64,000 nucleotides of DNA from Octopus sinensis (taxonomy: Eukaryota), in contig NC_043005.1 in assembly GCF_006345805.1 (NCBI RefSeq), positions 26,908,001-26,972,000 of the forward strand, written 5' to 3'. The notes beneath the pieces were generated by a model. The model made no database searches. It saw only the letters and a program-made list of their open reading frames with translations, and was not told where the DNA came from. This document shows positions 13,096 through 26,257 of the stretch, in pieces. Numbering within the stretch: position 1 is the first letter of the stretch; every line of letters starts with the position of its first letter. Made by a program: the position numbers and the translations under genes.

Positions 13096-13298
13096 TTTGG
13101 AAATAAAATGGCTAAATGAAACCACGAAGGCTATGAGAATTTTTTCTTTTAAATTTTGCCCACAAGGGGCAAATTTTGTGTAGATATTAATCAAGGTTTG
13201 CAGTGGATGTTGTTGCACAACTTTTAAACACAAAATATTTCACAATAAACAATTTTCAACGTACAAAATGACCAACTTACGTGGAGCCCATGTCGAGA

Positions 13299-13930
<632 letters not shown>

Positions 13931-14729
13931 TAGATATATAGATTTCAAGTGAATGAACATTGAAAGATAAGGAAACCGAAACGAATGACATGAGACAGAT
14001 TTCCTGTAGAAATCGTCTGCATGCAAAACATGTGACTACAAAGGAGCTAACATAGTTGATGCCCCAGCATGAGCCACAGCTCAAGAGCTGAAACTGGAAA
14101 ACATAAAACATAAATAGTGAGATTAAAAGCATACCTGTTAGGAAAAGGAAAACAAAAACTCATCAGCTTTAATTATCATATGACACCAAAAATGGCAAGA
14201 CATTCGAGTTGCTCCATCTGAGAATATTCATTCACTCAATTCCTCTACATGTCGAAGCCACTTTCGCTGAAGAGGCTTTATAAGACCGAAACGTTCCTGG
14301 AGTTGTCTCTGTATATGCAAAATGAGACTAACTTCTCGCTGGTTGCCATCCTTAGCTTTGTTGATTAAATTTGACCAACTAAAGTTAATAATTTTTTTAA
14401 CTTGGGTATATTTTTGATTAATCAAAATATTGTTTTAGTTCAATACATTACGTATATCATATCGCACTTTGCTCTATGCTTTTCTTGCAAAATGCGAACC
14501 TGGGTAGTTTACTCCAGTTGTCATTGTCACATACATGTCAGTTGCACTTTAATATAGGTCGCATATTTGTATTTTTTTTTATTTTGAAAAGGGTCAGCAG
14601 TTGTGTGTGGGTGGGGGGGTGCGTGTATGTCTGTCTGTATCTGTGTATGTTTGTGCATGTGTGTTAATGATGGCGGCGATAGTAACGGTGGTAATGATGA
14701 GTGTAATAATGATGCAGCTCTTGTTGTTG

Positions 14730-16440
14730 TTGTTGTTGGTGGTGTGTGGTGGTGGTTGTGTGTGGTGGTTGTGGTGGTGTGTGGTGGTGGTGGTGGTGGT
14801 GGTGGTGGTGTGTGGTGGTGGATGGTGGTGGTGGTGGTGGTGGTGGTGGGTGTGGTGGTGGTGGTGGTGGTGTGGTGGTGTTGTGGTGGTGGTGTGGTTG
14901 TGGTGGTGTGGTGGTGGTGGTGGTGGTGGTAGTTGTGTGGTGGTGTGTGGTGGTGGTGGTCTGGTGGTGGTGGTGGTGTGGTGGTGGTGTGGTGGTGGTT
15001 GTGGTAGTGGTTGTGGTTGGTGGTGGTGGTGGGTGGTGGTGGTGGTGGTTGTGGTGGTGGTGTGGTGGTGGTGGGTGGTGGTTGGTGGTTGTGGTTGTGT
15101 GTGGTTGTGGTGGTGGTGGTGGTGGTGGGGTGGTGGGTGGTGGTGGTGTGGTGGTGGTGGTTGTGGTGGTGGTGGTGGTGGTGGTGGTGTGTTGTGGTAG
15201 TGGTTGTGGTGGTGGTGGTGGTGTGGTTGTGGTGGTGTGTTGTGGTGGTGGTGGTTGTGGTGGTGGTGGTGGTGGTGGTGGTTGTGGTGGTGGTGGTGGT
15301 GGTGGTGGTGGTGGTGGGGTGGTGGTGTGGTGGTGGTGGTGGTGGTGGTGGTGGTGGTTGTGGTGGTGGGTGGTGGTGGTGGTTGTGGTGGTGGTTGTGG
15401 TGGTGGTGGTGGTGGTGGTGGTGTGGTGGTGGTGGTGGTGGTGGTGGGGTGGTGGTGTGGTGGTGGTGGTGGTGGTTGTGGGGTGGTGGGTGGTGGTGGT
15501 GGGGGTTGTGTGGTGGTGGTGGTGGTGGTGGTGGTTGGTGGGGGTGGTGGTGGTGGTTGTGGTGGTGGTGTGGTGGTGGTGGTTGTGGTGGTGTGGTGGT
15601 GGTTGTGGTAGTGGTTGTGGTGGTGGTGGTGGGTGGTGGTGGTGATGGTGGTGTGGTTGTGGTGGTGGTGGTTGTGGTGGTGGTGTGGTGGTGGTGGTGG
15701 TTGTGGTAGTGGTTGTGGTGGTGGTGGCGGTGGTGGTTGTGGTGGTGGTTGTGGTTGGTGGTGGTTGTGTGGTGGTGGTGGTGGTGGTGGTTGTGGTGGT
15801 GTGGTGGTGGTGGGGTGGTGGTTGTGGTGGTGGTGTGGTGGTGGTGTGGTGGTGGTGGTGGGGTTGGTGGTGGTGGTGGTGGTGTGGTGGTGGTTGTGGT
15901 GGTGGTTGTGTGGTGTGGTGTGTGGTGGTGGTGGTGGTTGTGGGTGGTTGTGGTGGTGTTGTGGTAGTGGTTGTGGTGGTGGTTGGTGGTGGTGGTGGTG
16001 TGTTTGGTGGTGGTGGTAGGGGTGGTGGTGTGGGGGTTGTGGTGGTGGTTGTTGGTTTGTGGTGGTTGGGGGTGGTGGTGGGGTGGTGGTGGTGGTGGTG
16101 GTGGTGGTTGTGGTGGTGGTTGTGGTAGTGGTGTGTGGTGGTGGTAGTGGTGGTGGTGGTTGTGGTGGTTGGTGGTTGGTGGGTGGTGGGGAGTTGGTGG
16201 TTGTGGTGGTGTGGTGGTGGTGTGGTGGTGGTGGTGGTTGGGTGGGTTGTGGTGGTGGTGGGTGGTGGTTGTGGTAGTGGTGGGTGTGGTGGTGGTGGTT
16301 GATGGTTGGTGGTGGTTGGGGTGGTTGTTGTGGTGGTGGTGTGGTGGTGGTGTGGTGGTGGTGGTGGTGGTGGTGTAGGTGGTTTGTGGTGGTGGTGGCG
16401 GTGGTGGTTGTGGTGGTGGTTGTGGTGGGGTGGTGGTTGT
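14730..16440. repeat. ~1.7 kb scrambled (GGT)/(GT) low-complexity tract
   Basis: Almost entirely G and T; source of the spurious 647-aa ORF. Confidence 0.95.
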
Positions 16441-17047
16441 GGTAGCGGCCCAGCGGGTTAAGCGGCAGCGTTGTGGGAGCGCGCAGCGGTTTAGCGGCAG
16501 CGGCAGCGGCGGCGGCGATGGGGATGATGAAGATCACCGTATAGATGATGGTAGTGATGGTAATAATGCTGGAAATAGTCTTTTTGCTGCGGTTACTGAC
16601 ATTTGCTTAAATAACCTTTAATTTTCTCAAACTTCTCTCCTTTTTTCTTTTTTTTTTTTTCTTTTTTCGCCTTCTCAAAAGAGTCGGAAATACAGAAAAA
16701 AAAAATAGAACAGATTGATAGAGATAGGGAGCAAAAAAAAAAAGAAAAAGGAAAAAGAAAGAACAGAGAAACCTGAAAGAGAAGATGAGGAAGTGAGGTA
16801 GAGAAAGAGAGAGGAGAGCGATAGGTTGAATGTAGAATCGAAAGAGTAAAGGTAACATGGAATATTGCATCATCATCATTCATTTGGTAAATTCAGGATT
16901 GCTGATGCTGACTAGAACATTGATGGGAGTATATATACATATATGTATATTTACATGTGTGTATGTATCTGTATATGTATGACAAATAGAAATATAGATA
17001 TGTATATTCATATATGCGTTCTTATATAAATACATATATGTGTATGT

Positions 17048-17453
17048 CAGGGACGTACCGCCTGGGTAGGCAACGTAGGTAGTCCCTACCCTGAATAAAA
17101 TATAGCCATGGTAATATTTTCGTTTTATGGTAAAATATGCACCTAATTCAATAAAATTATGAAGGTTACTCTGATTACTATGCATAAAATACAAAATATT
17201 TTATTTTTTGTAGATTAGGTAGGCATAATTTACCTCTGCCTTTCAATCTCAGTATTTAAGCTACGCATAGTACTGCTGTAGCATACGTGCTGCGTACACT
17301 CCCACAAAAACGTTTTCTTTGCGTGCTACAAAGGCAGAAGTAAATCTGCCTACAACTAAGTCGCGCGCCTGTCTTTCGCTTGTTTTTTGTACGTTTTACT
17401 ACATAAACGTTACCAATCGCCTACCCTGAGTAATTACTGACGGCACGTCCCTG
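17048..17453. mobile_element. hAT-like non-autonomous DNA transposon
   Basis: TIR cagggacgtaccg / cggcacgtccctg (12 of 13 match); flanks gtgtatgt / gtgtgcgt resemble an 8-bp TSD. Confidence 0.6.
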
Positions 17454-17683
17454 GTGTGCGTGTATTCGCATATGTGTATATGTACATTTATGTATATGAA
17501 TATGTAGTTATGTATGTATACGCAGATTTTACATGTCAAACTTTGCTCAAACTCAACGTTAGACATTTCCCCTCTAATCACAAATAGAACAAGCTTTCTA
17601 ATCAAAATATCAAAATCTCTTACTCAACTACATACAGATTTGCACAAAACACTGGCAAACTCCACCCGTTTAATCTAGATTAA

Positions 17684-18324
17684 ACCACTCGTGCCGACAT
17701 TTTTCTAGTTAATGAAATTACCTGAAAATTCACAGGAGTGGCTGTGTGGTAAGTTGCTTGTTTACCAACCACATGGTTCCGGGTTCAGTCCCACTGCGTG
17801 GCACCTTGGGCAAGTGTCTTCTACTATAGCCTCGGGCCAACCAAACCCTTGTGAGTGGATTTTGTAGACGGAAACTGAAAGAAGCCTGTCGTATATATGT
17901 ATATATTTATATGCGTGTGTGTGTGTTTGTCCCCCTAGCATTGCTTGACAACCGATGCTGGTGTGTTTATGTCCCCGTTACTTAGCGGTTCGGCAAAAGA
18001 GACCGATAGAATAAGTACTGGGCTTACAAAAAGAATAAGTCCCGGGGTCGAGTTGCTCGATTAAAGGCGGTGCTCCAGCATGGCCGCAGTCAATTGACTG
18101 AAACAAGTAAAAAAAAAAAAAAAAAAGATACTAATATTTTGACCTAAATAACAACTGGAAAAAACATTTCATTGAAATCCGTTTGATACAAACTGCATAC
18201 ACGTTAAGAACATGTTTCATTCTTTGATACAGATCATACACAAATCAATTTTTATCAAGTATTTGTCTTATATATACCCTAATAAATTAAGTGTCAGTTT
18301 AAACGGACGATCGGCATGAATGGG
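17684..18324. mobile_element. piggyBac-like MITE relic with nested SINE B
   Basis: TTAA at both flanks; degenerate TIR accactcgtgccga / tcggcatgaatggg. Confidence 0.45.
17733..18112 (+). mobile_element. SINE family B, full length
   Basis: Head, internal TG repeat and tail all match other copies. Confidence 0.9.
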
Positions 18325-19142
18325 TTAAGACCTTCTTACCCTTATACACTTAACTGTGTTATGATTAAAAGACAACAGCAAAGCGAATGAATTATTTATT
18401 GTACTTCTGTTAACACAGATTCGTCATCAATACAATATAGCGGTTTAACAGTTAAATCGTTTAATATTCGAATTTATCAACATACAAATACGTTTAGACA
18501 CATTGTTGTCGAAGATTTTTATTCAACAAAAAATTATTTGATATATAAATGATGAAAATTAGTCTTCGCAAAATTATACACTTCCATTTAAATAGCATTC
18601 ACATGTTAGTACCTGAATCCTTTAAAATTCTGTTTTCCAAGCTTAACTGGCACTCGGAATTATTATCATTATGCAGACGTAGAATTTTCAAAAAGGTGTA
18701 CGACAAGCTAATCACCTTTCCAAGCAGGTCATATTTTGCCAAAACGCACACACATCCTTAGGCAAAACAAATAACCAGACCACATCAGATCTACAAACAT
18801 TATTCACCAACTTAACATTAATAATACAATTCTGCAGGAAATGATACTTTATAACAAATTATAGTACCTGCTCCACCTTCATTTATGACATATATGTAGA
18901 GGCCCTTAAATGACTCTTTAAGTTGGTTTCTTTAATATTTCCCCGTATTTCTGTTCCGAAAGGATTTGCGCACCGAATTTCTACATCAGTCACCTTTTGG
19001 AGTGTCCATCTTAAATCCATGGCAAGCACATCTGACGAAAGTAGAGATGTCGACCCTTCACGAGACTCGAAGTAATGACGTACCGTTTGTTAACATGGTC
19101 AATATTAAATTATATTATACAACTTCGCTATTTCTGTATACT

Positions 19143-19605
19143 CTTTACTCTTTTACTCTTTTACTTGTTTCAGTCATTTGACTGTGGCCATGCTGGAGAC
19201 CGCCTTTAGTCGAGCAAATCGATCCCAGGATTTATTCTTTGTAAGCCAAGTACTTATTCTATCGGTGTCTTTTGTCGAACCGCTAAGTTACGGGGACGTA
19301 AACACACCAGCATCGGTTGTCAAGCGATGTTGGGGGAATAAACACAGACACACAAACAAATACACACACATACATATATATATATATACATACATACATA
19401 CATACATACATACATACATACATACATACATACATACATACGACGGGTTTCATTCAGTTTCCGTTTACCAAATCCACTCACAAGGCTTTGGTCGACTCGA
19501 GACTATAGTAGAAGACACTTGCCCAAGGTGCCACGCAGTCGGACTGAACCCGGAACCATGTAGTTGGTCAGCAAGCTGCTTACCACACAGCCACTCTTGC
19601 GCCTA
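19143..19605 (-). mobile_element. SINE family B, full length
   Basis: Reverse complement match; expanded internal (TACA)n; ttttactc tail repeats. Confidence 0.9.
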
Positions 19606-19714
19606 AAGTTAAGAATTTTTTTTTATCTGTGAACCATAATCGATGGCACACACGCACATAGATAGACAAACAGACAGGCAAGCAGGCAGACAGACAGACA
19701 GACAGACAGATAGC

Positions 19715-19785
<71 letters not shown>

Positions 19786-19832
19786 GCATGTAGTTAGGTA
19801 GTTAGTTAGGTAGTAGTTAGGTAGGTAGGTAG

Positions 19833-19881
<49 letters not shown>

Positions 19882-20508
19882 AGTTGATTTATCTTTACCT
19901 TTCACCTGTTTATAAAAATCTACTTAAGCCAACTCTTTAAAACTAACTCAACCGTGAAATCTGTGAAGTCCTTTTTATTCTGCATCATAAAAGAATCTCT
20001 TCGTAGCTGTAAAACATTGAAGTGAATGATGAGAGCAAAATATATATTGATAGATCCTAGCTAGCGAGATTCTGGAAGAGGGAAACATCTTCTGATAAGT
20101 TGCAATAAAAGAATTTAGAAACCTACTGCCAAGTAAACCACACGAGATTTTACACAGATTTTACATATACGAACAGAAAGAGATAACACATAAGTAGAGG
20201 AAGAAAGGGAAAAAAAAAGGGGGGGAAACAGGAAAGCTGATAATGAGGAGTAGCGGAAAATATAGAAAATAAAATGTCGGATCTGTTTTGTTTGTCTTAC
20301 GGATTTTCCTTTCTCTTTCTGTCTTTCTTTCTTTTTCTTTTTATCTTATTTTTTTGTCTTCCATTCTTGTTCCCGCCCCCCCCCCACCAGCTACAAATAG
20401 TTTTATGTGTTTCCCAGGTAAATTTTTCCCGTAATGGTTTCGTTCCAATTTTGTCTTCAAGCCTTGTTTTCCCTCCCACCACTCATTCGCATAGTCTCTC
20501 TAACACTC

Positions 20509-20582
<74 letters not shown>

Positions 20583-21329
20583 GCTCATTTTCTCTGTCTC
20601 TTAATCACTTTTTCTTTCCTACTCCTCTATCTCCCTCACTCACTCACTCACTCACTCTCTCTCTCTCTCTCTCTCTCTCTTTATCTCTCTCACTCTCTCA
20701 TCACTAAATATAAACAGATATGTATCTATACACAACCAACTTCAGACACACACACACACCACCATCACACACGGTCGCACATACGCACACACATGGACAC
20801 ACACACATACGCACACACATGCACACACACATACAGACAGACACACACGCACGCGCGCGCGCGCATAGTTATAACTAACAAATGTGTACATATGGTGGTT
20901 GTATGAGTTTCCGTTTATGCATTGATCATCTACTCTATGAAGGCATGACCGAGTGGTTGAAAGCAACAGAGTAATTAAATGTCGTTTCACAATCACGATG
21001 TTTCGGGTTCGATCTTGCTGCAAAGGGTCAAGGACAAATGTCTGATATTATCACGAGTCGACCCAAGACTTCAGAATAAAACTGTGTTGACAAAAATTAT
21101 GGAAGCCCGTTGGATAGATCGTATCAGCAATTCGAAGAGTAGGCATTGTCACACCGTGCGTTGCTAACTCCGCATGCGAATTGCATTACAGGCAATGTAT
21201 GAGTGGAATACTCAGACACTTTTATGATAATTACATCGACGAGTAGGCAGGTTAAGTGTTCAAACTACAGCAATATCCATGGTCAAAGCCGAAAGAAATC
21301 CATTTATTTATATTGTTAGTGTGTGGTTG

Positions 21330-21680
21330 TGTTTAGATGTGTAAAGGGTAAAGACCTCGCTTCAGTGATAAATGACCACGGGATAGCACCTAGAAAGTTA
21401 CCCTCCGAGGCACAAGTCTGGACAAGGTTGTTTATGGAAGACCAGCAGTCACCCATGCATACTGGTGTTCCCTCTCCACGCCACCGATGTTATCCAAGGG
21501 AAAGGGAAAAGGGTCGATACTGCTTGGCACCAGTGACATCGCAATTCATTTCTACAGCTGGGTGAACTGGAGAAACGTGAAATAAAGTGTCTTGCTCAAG
21601 AACACAACACGCAGCTCGGTCCGGGAATCGAACTCGCTACCTCATGATTTTGAGCCCGCTGCTCTAACCACTGAGCCATG
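21330..21680 (-). mobile_element. SINE family A-related subfamily with alternative tail
   Basis: Same head and central domain; tail matches the reverse complement of 37585-37925. Confidence 0.8.
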
Positions 21681-22436
21681 CTACTACTACATTGCCCCTG
21701 CATCTCATACAGTAAAAATACTACATGTAGGTATTCACAAGAAAGTATATGTCTAGCGAGGTGTGTAGCATAGTGATTTTATATTAAACTCATGATCTTT
21801 AAGTTGTGTGTTCTATTCTCAGATCATTTGGCTCTTTGTGCCCTTGAGGAAGGCACACCAAAAGATTGTATTGGAAAATAGACAGAGAATTTATAATTTG
21901 AGCAGGAAAAGGTAATATAAAAATACAAAAGGACTGATAATTACTCTCCACGCTACCGATGTTATCCGAAGTAAAGGCAAAGGGGCCGATACAGCTTGGC
22001 GCCAGGGACATCACAACTGATTTCTACAGCTGAGTGAACTACAGCAACGAGGCCGTCTTTATCATGGGGTCGATGAAATAGATTAGTCCCCTCCCTCCAA
22101 ATTTCAGGCTTTGTGCCTATACTAGAAAGGATATTTATTTGCCTACATGGACTTGTGCTTGCTAATGTGTATTTATTAATATATGCGTATGCCTGCATAC
22201 ACGTTTATTTGTGTATTTAAGTATCAATGTATGTAAGTGTGGCTATATATGTACACCCCCATTCATGCACGTAGAGTATGGTTCATACACATATGTGTGT
22301 ACACATAGGTAGCTACGTAGTATATATATATATATTTGGTAAATCTAAAACAGAAGAGTAAACACAAAAACACAACGACGCGAGGACGTGGTACATGTAA
22401 TATATTAGCAGACGCTCAAGGGAGGAAAGAAAGATG

Positions 22437-22472
22437 GTTTAACGTTTCGAACAGACAATCTTCTTCGAAAAC
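22437..22472 (-). ncRNA. Degenerate minimal hammerhead-like motif
   Basis: Minus strand gttt-TCGAAGA-A-ga...tc-GAAAC-GT-T-aaac; core positions 3 and 4 deviate. Confidence 0.35.
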
Positions 22473-22612
22473 AGAGGAAAGTCCAATAGAAGGGAAGACG
22501 GAGGAAGAAAATCACCAACGATTCACATGTGATTACATTTTGAAAAAAAATGAATATACATACATACATACATACATACATACACATACATACATACATA
22601 CATACATACATA

Positions 22613-22822
22613 CCACTCTCCACAAAGAACAAATCCGCCACCCACAATACAGACCAGTTTCAGGTTAGTGAACACATAGAAAGGTGTGCTAGGAATCTTA
22701 ATCCCAATTTCTAATTTTCCTCCTTCAATCAAAGTTCACAGAACACCTCAGTGCAACAAAGAATGAATAAAGAGGCAACTTTCATCAATAAATATCTTGG
22801 CCAACTAAATATGAACAAATAA
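22613..22822 (+). pseudogene. Penelope-like element GIY-YIG endonuclease C-terminal relic
   Basis: HKEQIRHPQYR..VSEHIERCA..NF*F..F...QQRMNKEATFINKYLGQLN resembles the PLE GIY-YIG terminus (R..KE..FI.....LN); frameshift and stop present. Confidence 0.65.
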
Positions 22823-23316
22823 TATAATATAGAACACTTCTAAGCTTTCAATTAATACCACTAACCCCCATAAATCCCTTACACCATTCACATTACAGAT
22901 CTATATCTAACCTAATTGCGCCAAATCCAGAACTACTTACCTCCTTTACACATAATCTTTTTTTCTCAGGGATACTGTTCATTAATCGGTGTGCGTTCAA
23001 AGCAATGAATAGTTGTATTCAAAGCAATGATTAGTAATTTACGAAACCGGTATGCTTTTAAATCTCTTTAACAATTCACAATAATGACTTTTATTACTTT
23101 TATTTCTACCTCAGTTCATCTAATTGTATATGTCTTTCGTTACTTTTCATAAAAAGCTTTTACTTTTTTTGATTCTCAATGTGCATTTTCGCTTATTTTT
23201 ATTCTTACTCTCCGCTTACATTGCCACGTGTTGCTTCTGTTTTCTTTTTGTATTATATATATATATATATTACATTTCTAAATATCTCAGAAAGATATAA
23301 GCTGTAGTGGTACAAT

Positions 23317-23591
23317 AGAGTAGTTGTATACTGTCAACTTAATGTGACAGTCCCATGAAGGGAATCACACCACTGCTATTTAGCCCTAGGAAGCATCAAC
23401 GCTTCCTATCGGTCTTGACTGGTCTCTGGATGCAGGCATAGCTGGGCGGGGGTGCTTGTCTTCCCCTTGTAAACATAAGGACACAGGAAATGTGTCCAGG
23501 TCGACAGGAAGCGTTGATGCTTCCTAGGGCTAAATAGCAGTGGTGTGATTCCCTTCATGGGACTGTTACTTTAATTTGACAGTATGCAACT

Positions 23592-23596
<5 letters not shown>
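23317..23596. mobile_element. Foldback MITE with ~91-bp TIRs
   Basis: 23317-23407 is the near-perfect reverse complement of 23506-23596. Confidence 0.85.
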
Positions 23597-23623
<27 letters not shown>

Positions 23624-23964
23624 GATATATATATGCGTATATTCCCAGACTGGGCATTGTGTTCTTGAGCAATGCACTTCAGTTCACGTTGCTCTGTGAT
23701 CCTTTCGACATCTGACATATGGCACCTATTTGCACCTGTACAGGTAATGTCGATCTGATGGAGAGAATGAGCTTATATCTACACAAACATTTGATCTCTA
23801 TAGACAAATCATCTGTGTGATTGTTCGTTAAGAACTTACCGAACGCTCATACGTCGTCTAACGACGGGAGAGTCTATCATCATCATATGTATATATGTAT
23901 GTATATATGCGTGTGTGTGTGTGTGTGGTGTGTGTGTGTGTTTGTGTGTGTGTTTGTGTGTGTT

Positions 23965-24015
<51 letters not shown>

Positions 24016-24129
24016 GTGTGTGTGTAGTGTAGTGTATCTCGTATGTATAAATGAATGTACAATTGCTACTTTTAAGTTTAGAGTTTCGTGTAGATTATCA
24101 TCGTCCACTCAGCTTCCAATATTGTGGTT

Positions 24130-24575
24130 CAGCTGGCAGAAACTTTGGCACGCCGGGCGAAATTATTAGCAATATTTCGTCTGTCTTTACGTTCTGAGTT
24201 CAAATTCCGCCCAGGTCGACTTTGCCTTTCATCCTTTCGGAGTCGATAAATTTAGTACTAGTTGCATACTGGGGTCCATCTAATCGACTGGCCCCCTCCC
24301 CCAAAATTTCGGGCCTTGTGCCTCGAGTATAAAAGAAAAGAATATTTGCTGCCAGAAAGGCGGTGAGCTGGCCGAAACGTTAGGACTCCAGGCGAAATGC
24401 TTAGCAATATTTTGTCTGTCTCTATGTTCAGAGTTCAAATTCCGCCGAGGTCGACTTTGCCTTTCATCCTTTCGGAGTCGATAAATTGAGTACCAATTGC
24501 GTACTGGGGTCAATCTAATCGACTGGTTCCCCTCCCCCAAAATTTCGGGCCTTGTGTCTAGCGCAGAAAAGAATA
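24130..24575 (+). mobile_element. Two tandem SINE family C copies (tail cccccaaaatttcgggccttgtg)
   Basis: gagctggcagaaacgttagcacgccgggcgaaat...gagttcaaattccgccgaggtcgactttgcc repeated head-to-tail. Confidence 0.85.
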
Positions 24576-25240
24576 TCGTGGTTAAGCGACAATTATTTCT
24601 AGTAGTATTACTGGTTAATATTATACTCAGAGCAAACGTAGAAATTACGATAAACACAAGTTTTATATTGTTAGTTCTTATTATTAGTTTTACTGTGGTA
24701 ATTTGGATCTCAGCACAGGATGTTTCCAAATGCAGTTTGAAGCTAAACCACAAAGGTTCATCTGGGATCACTTTACTGTTTTATGTTTCAGAGAATTTAT
24801 GACTGGAGTTGAGTAAGTGGCGAAGTGTTTTAGAAGTATTTTGAGAGGAAGTAGAAATGCAATTGGTAGAGAAATAGAGGGACTAAGAAAGAAAAGAGAG
24901 AAAAGGGAAAGAAAGGACAAAAACAGATAATGAAGGAAGGGAGAAAATAAATCAGAGAAAAAAAGAAAGAGAAAGAAAAAGAAGAGAGAAATGGGGAGAA
25001 AAGTCTCTTCCTGTTTTTCTCGCTTCTTTTTTTCTCTCTAAAGTTTTGGCTTTTCGTTATACAAACAAAGCCAGACAGACAAACGATAACAGGAGGACAA
25101 AGAATGAAACAGAAAGATAGGTTGGAAGGAAGGTACGTGCGCGGGTGGACAGGCGGGTAGAATATTAGTAGGCAGGTAGCTTGGCTGCGTACATGTCAAC
25201 CGGCCATCCATCTGTTTTCCCAACTAACTGTTTGTGGCAG

Positions 25241-25377
25241 GTCTTGGAAGTAAAGTTTTCAGGCACCTACCTCCTCCTGACACTTTCCGGCTGGATTCCG
25301 AAGCGTCACCGACAGAGACAATGGATATTATCCAACCATCTCGTTCTTGGACTAACCCTAGATTTCCTACCGATTAG
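25241..25377 (+). CDS. Candidate terminal exon of an unidentified host gene
   Basis: CTAAC branch-like site, acceptor tttgtggcag, phase-1 ORF GLGSKVFRHLPPPDTFRLDSEASPTETMDIIQPSRSWTNPRFPTD*, AATAAA ~120 nt downstream. Confidence 0.4.
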
Positions 25378-26050
25378 TTTGTCTTGAGATTTATGTCAAC
25401 CAAAACAAAACAAAAAAAGAAAAAATTAAATTAAGTCGTATTTTCGACAACCATTCAGAAGCTTCCTTTACTTTTAAGCGCTGTCCGAAACATGAAATAA
25501 ATGTATGCAAATCCGAAACAATTTCTTGGCGATATTTGATCTCAAAAACATTAAGATTTGAGTGTGGAAGGACAGCAGAGACACTTTAATAATAGCATAG
25601 TAGTCAGACATTTTTATCTAGCTTGATGTTGTTCTGTTTATTTCCAACAGAAGCACCTTCTAACTGTCCGTCTTTATTTATATATTTAGAAACACGAATC
25701 GTTAACGTTTTCAGGTCGGCCATATCGTTCGGCCGGAAGCCAACTTCTGACACAATTTATCTATCTAAGAACGTTTATGTGAGGATTTGTTGTTGTTGAT
25801 GATGGTGTTGTAGTTGTTGTTGTTGTTGTTAGACACAACGGCGACGACGTCGACAACAACAACATATCAAATAGTTGTGGGCGAAAAAGAAAAAAAATAT
25901 TTGAAAGGCGAGGGTAAAGTGCGATAAAAGAAAGAGGTTTTAAGAGAAATGAAATAAAGAAGGAAAAATAAGAAAGCAGATGAAAAAAGAAGTAAAATGA
26001 AGGAAAGAGAAGGAAGAAAAAAGTCAAAGAAACACAAATTTCGTAGTTGG

Positions 26051-26096
<46 letters not shown>

Positions 26097-26213
26097 GTGT
26101 GTGTGTGGTGTGTGTGTGTGTGGTGTGTTTGGAGTGGAAAAGTGTAGTTCTGTAAACAGAAATAAGAAACTACATTACAGTTGATTACTTTTTAAACCTC
26201 TGAATTCCTTCTC

Positions 26214-26257
<44 letters not shown>

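Larger units (their letters stand above)
7098..13298 (-). mobile_element. Full-length Tx1-clade (L1-like) non-LTR retrotransposon inserted in (GATA)n
   Basis: Two-ORF layout; APE endonuclease, RT and CCHC motifs; 3' end ...gccctgtgtggctAATAAAgaaaca; GATA repeats at both ends (7075-7097 and from 13299). Confidence 0.9.

Noticed and set aside
14262-14300. CTGAAGAG...CCGAAACGTT hammerhead-like motif
   Set aside because: Core-like, but no convincing stem I pairing.
14594-16537. 647-aa His/Pro/Thr-rich ORF and overlapping Val/Trp/Gly ORFs
   Set aside because: Translation of a GGT/GT low-complexity tract that lacks stops in nearly all frames; no coding signal.
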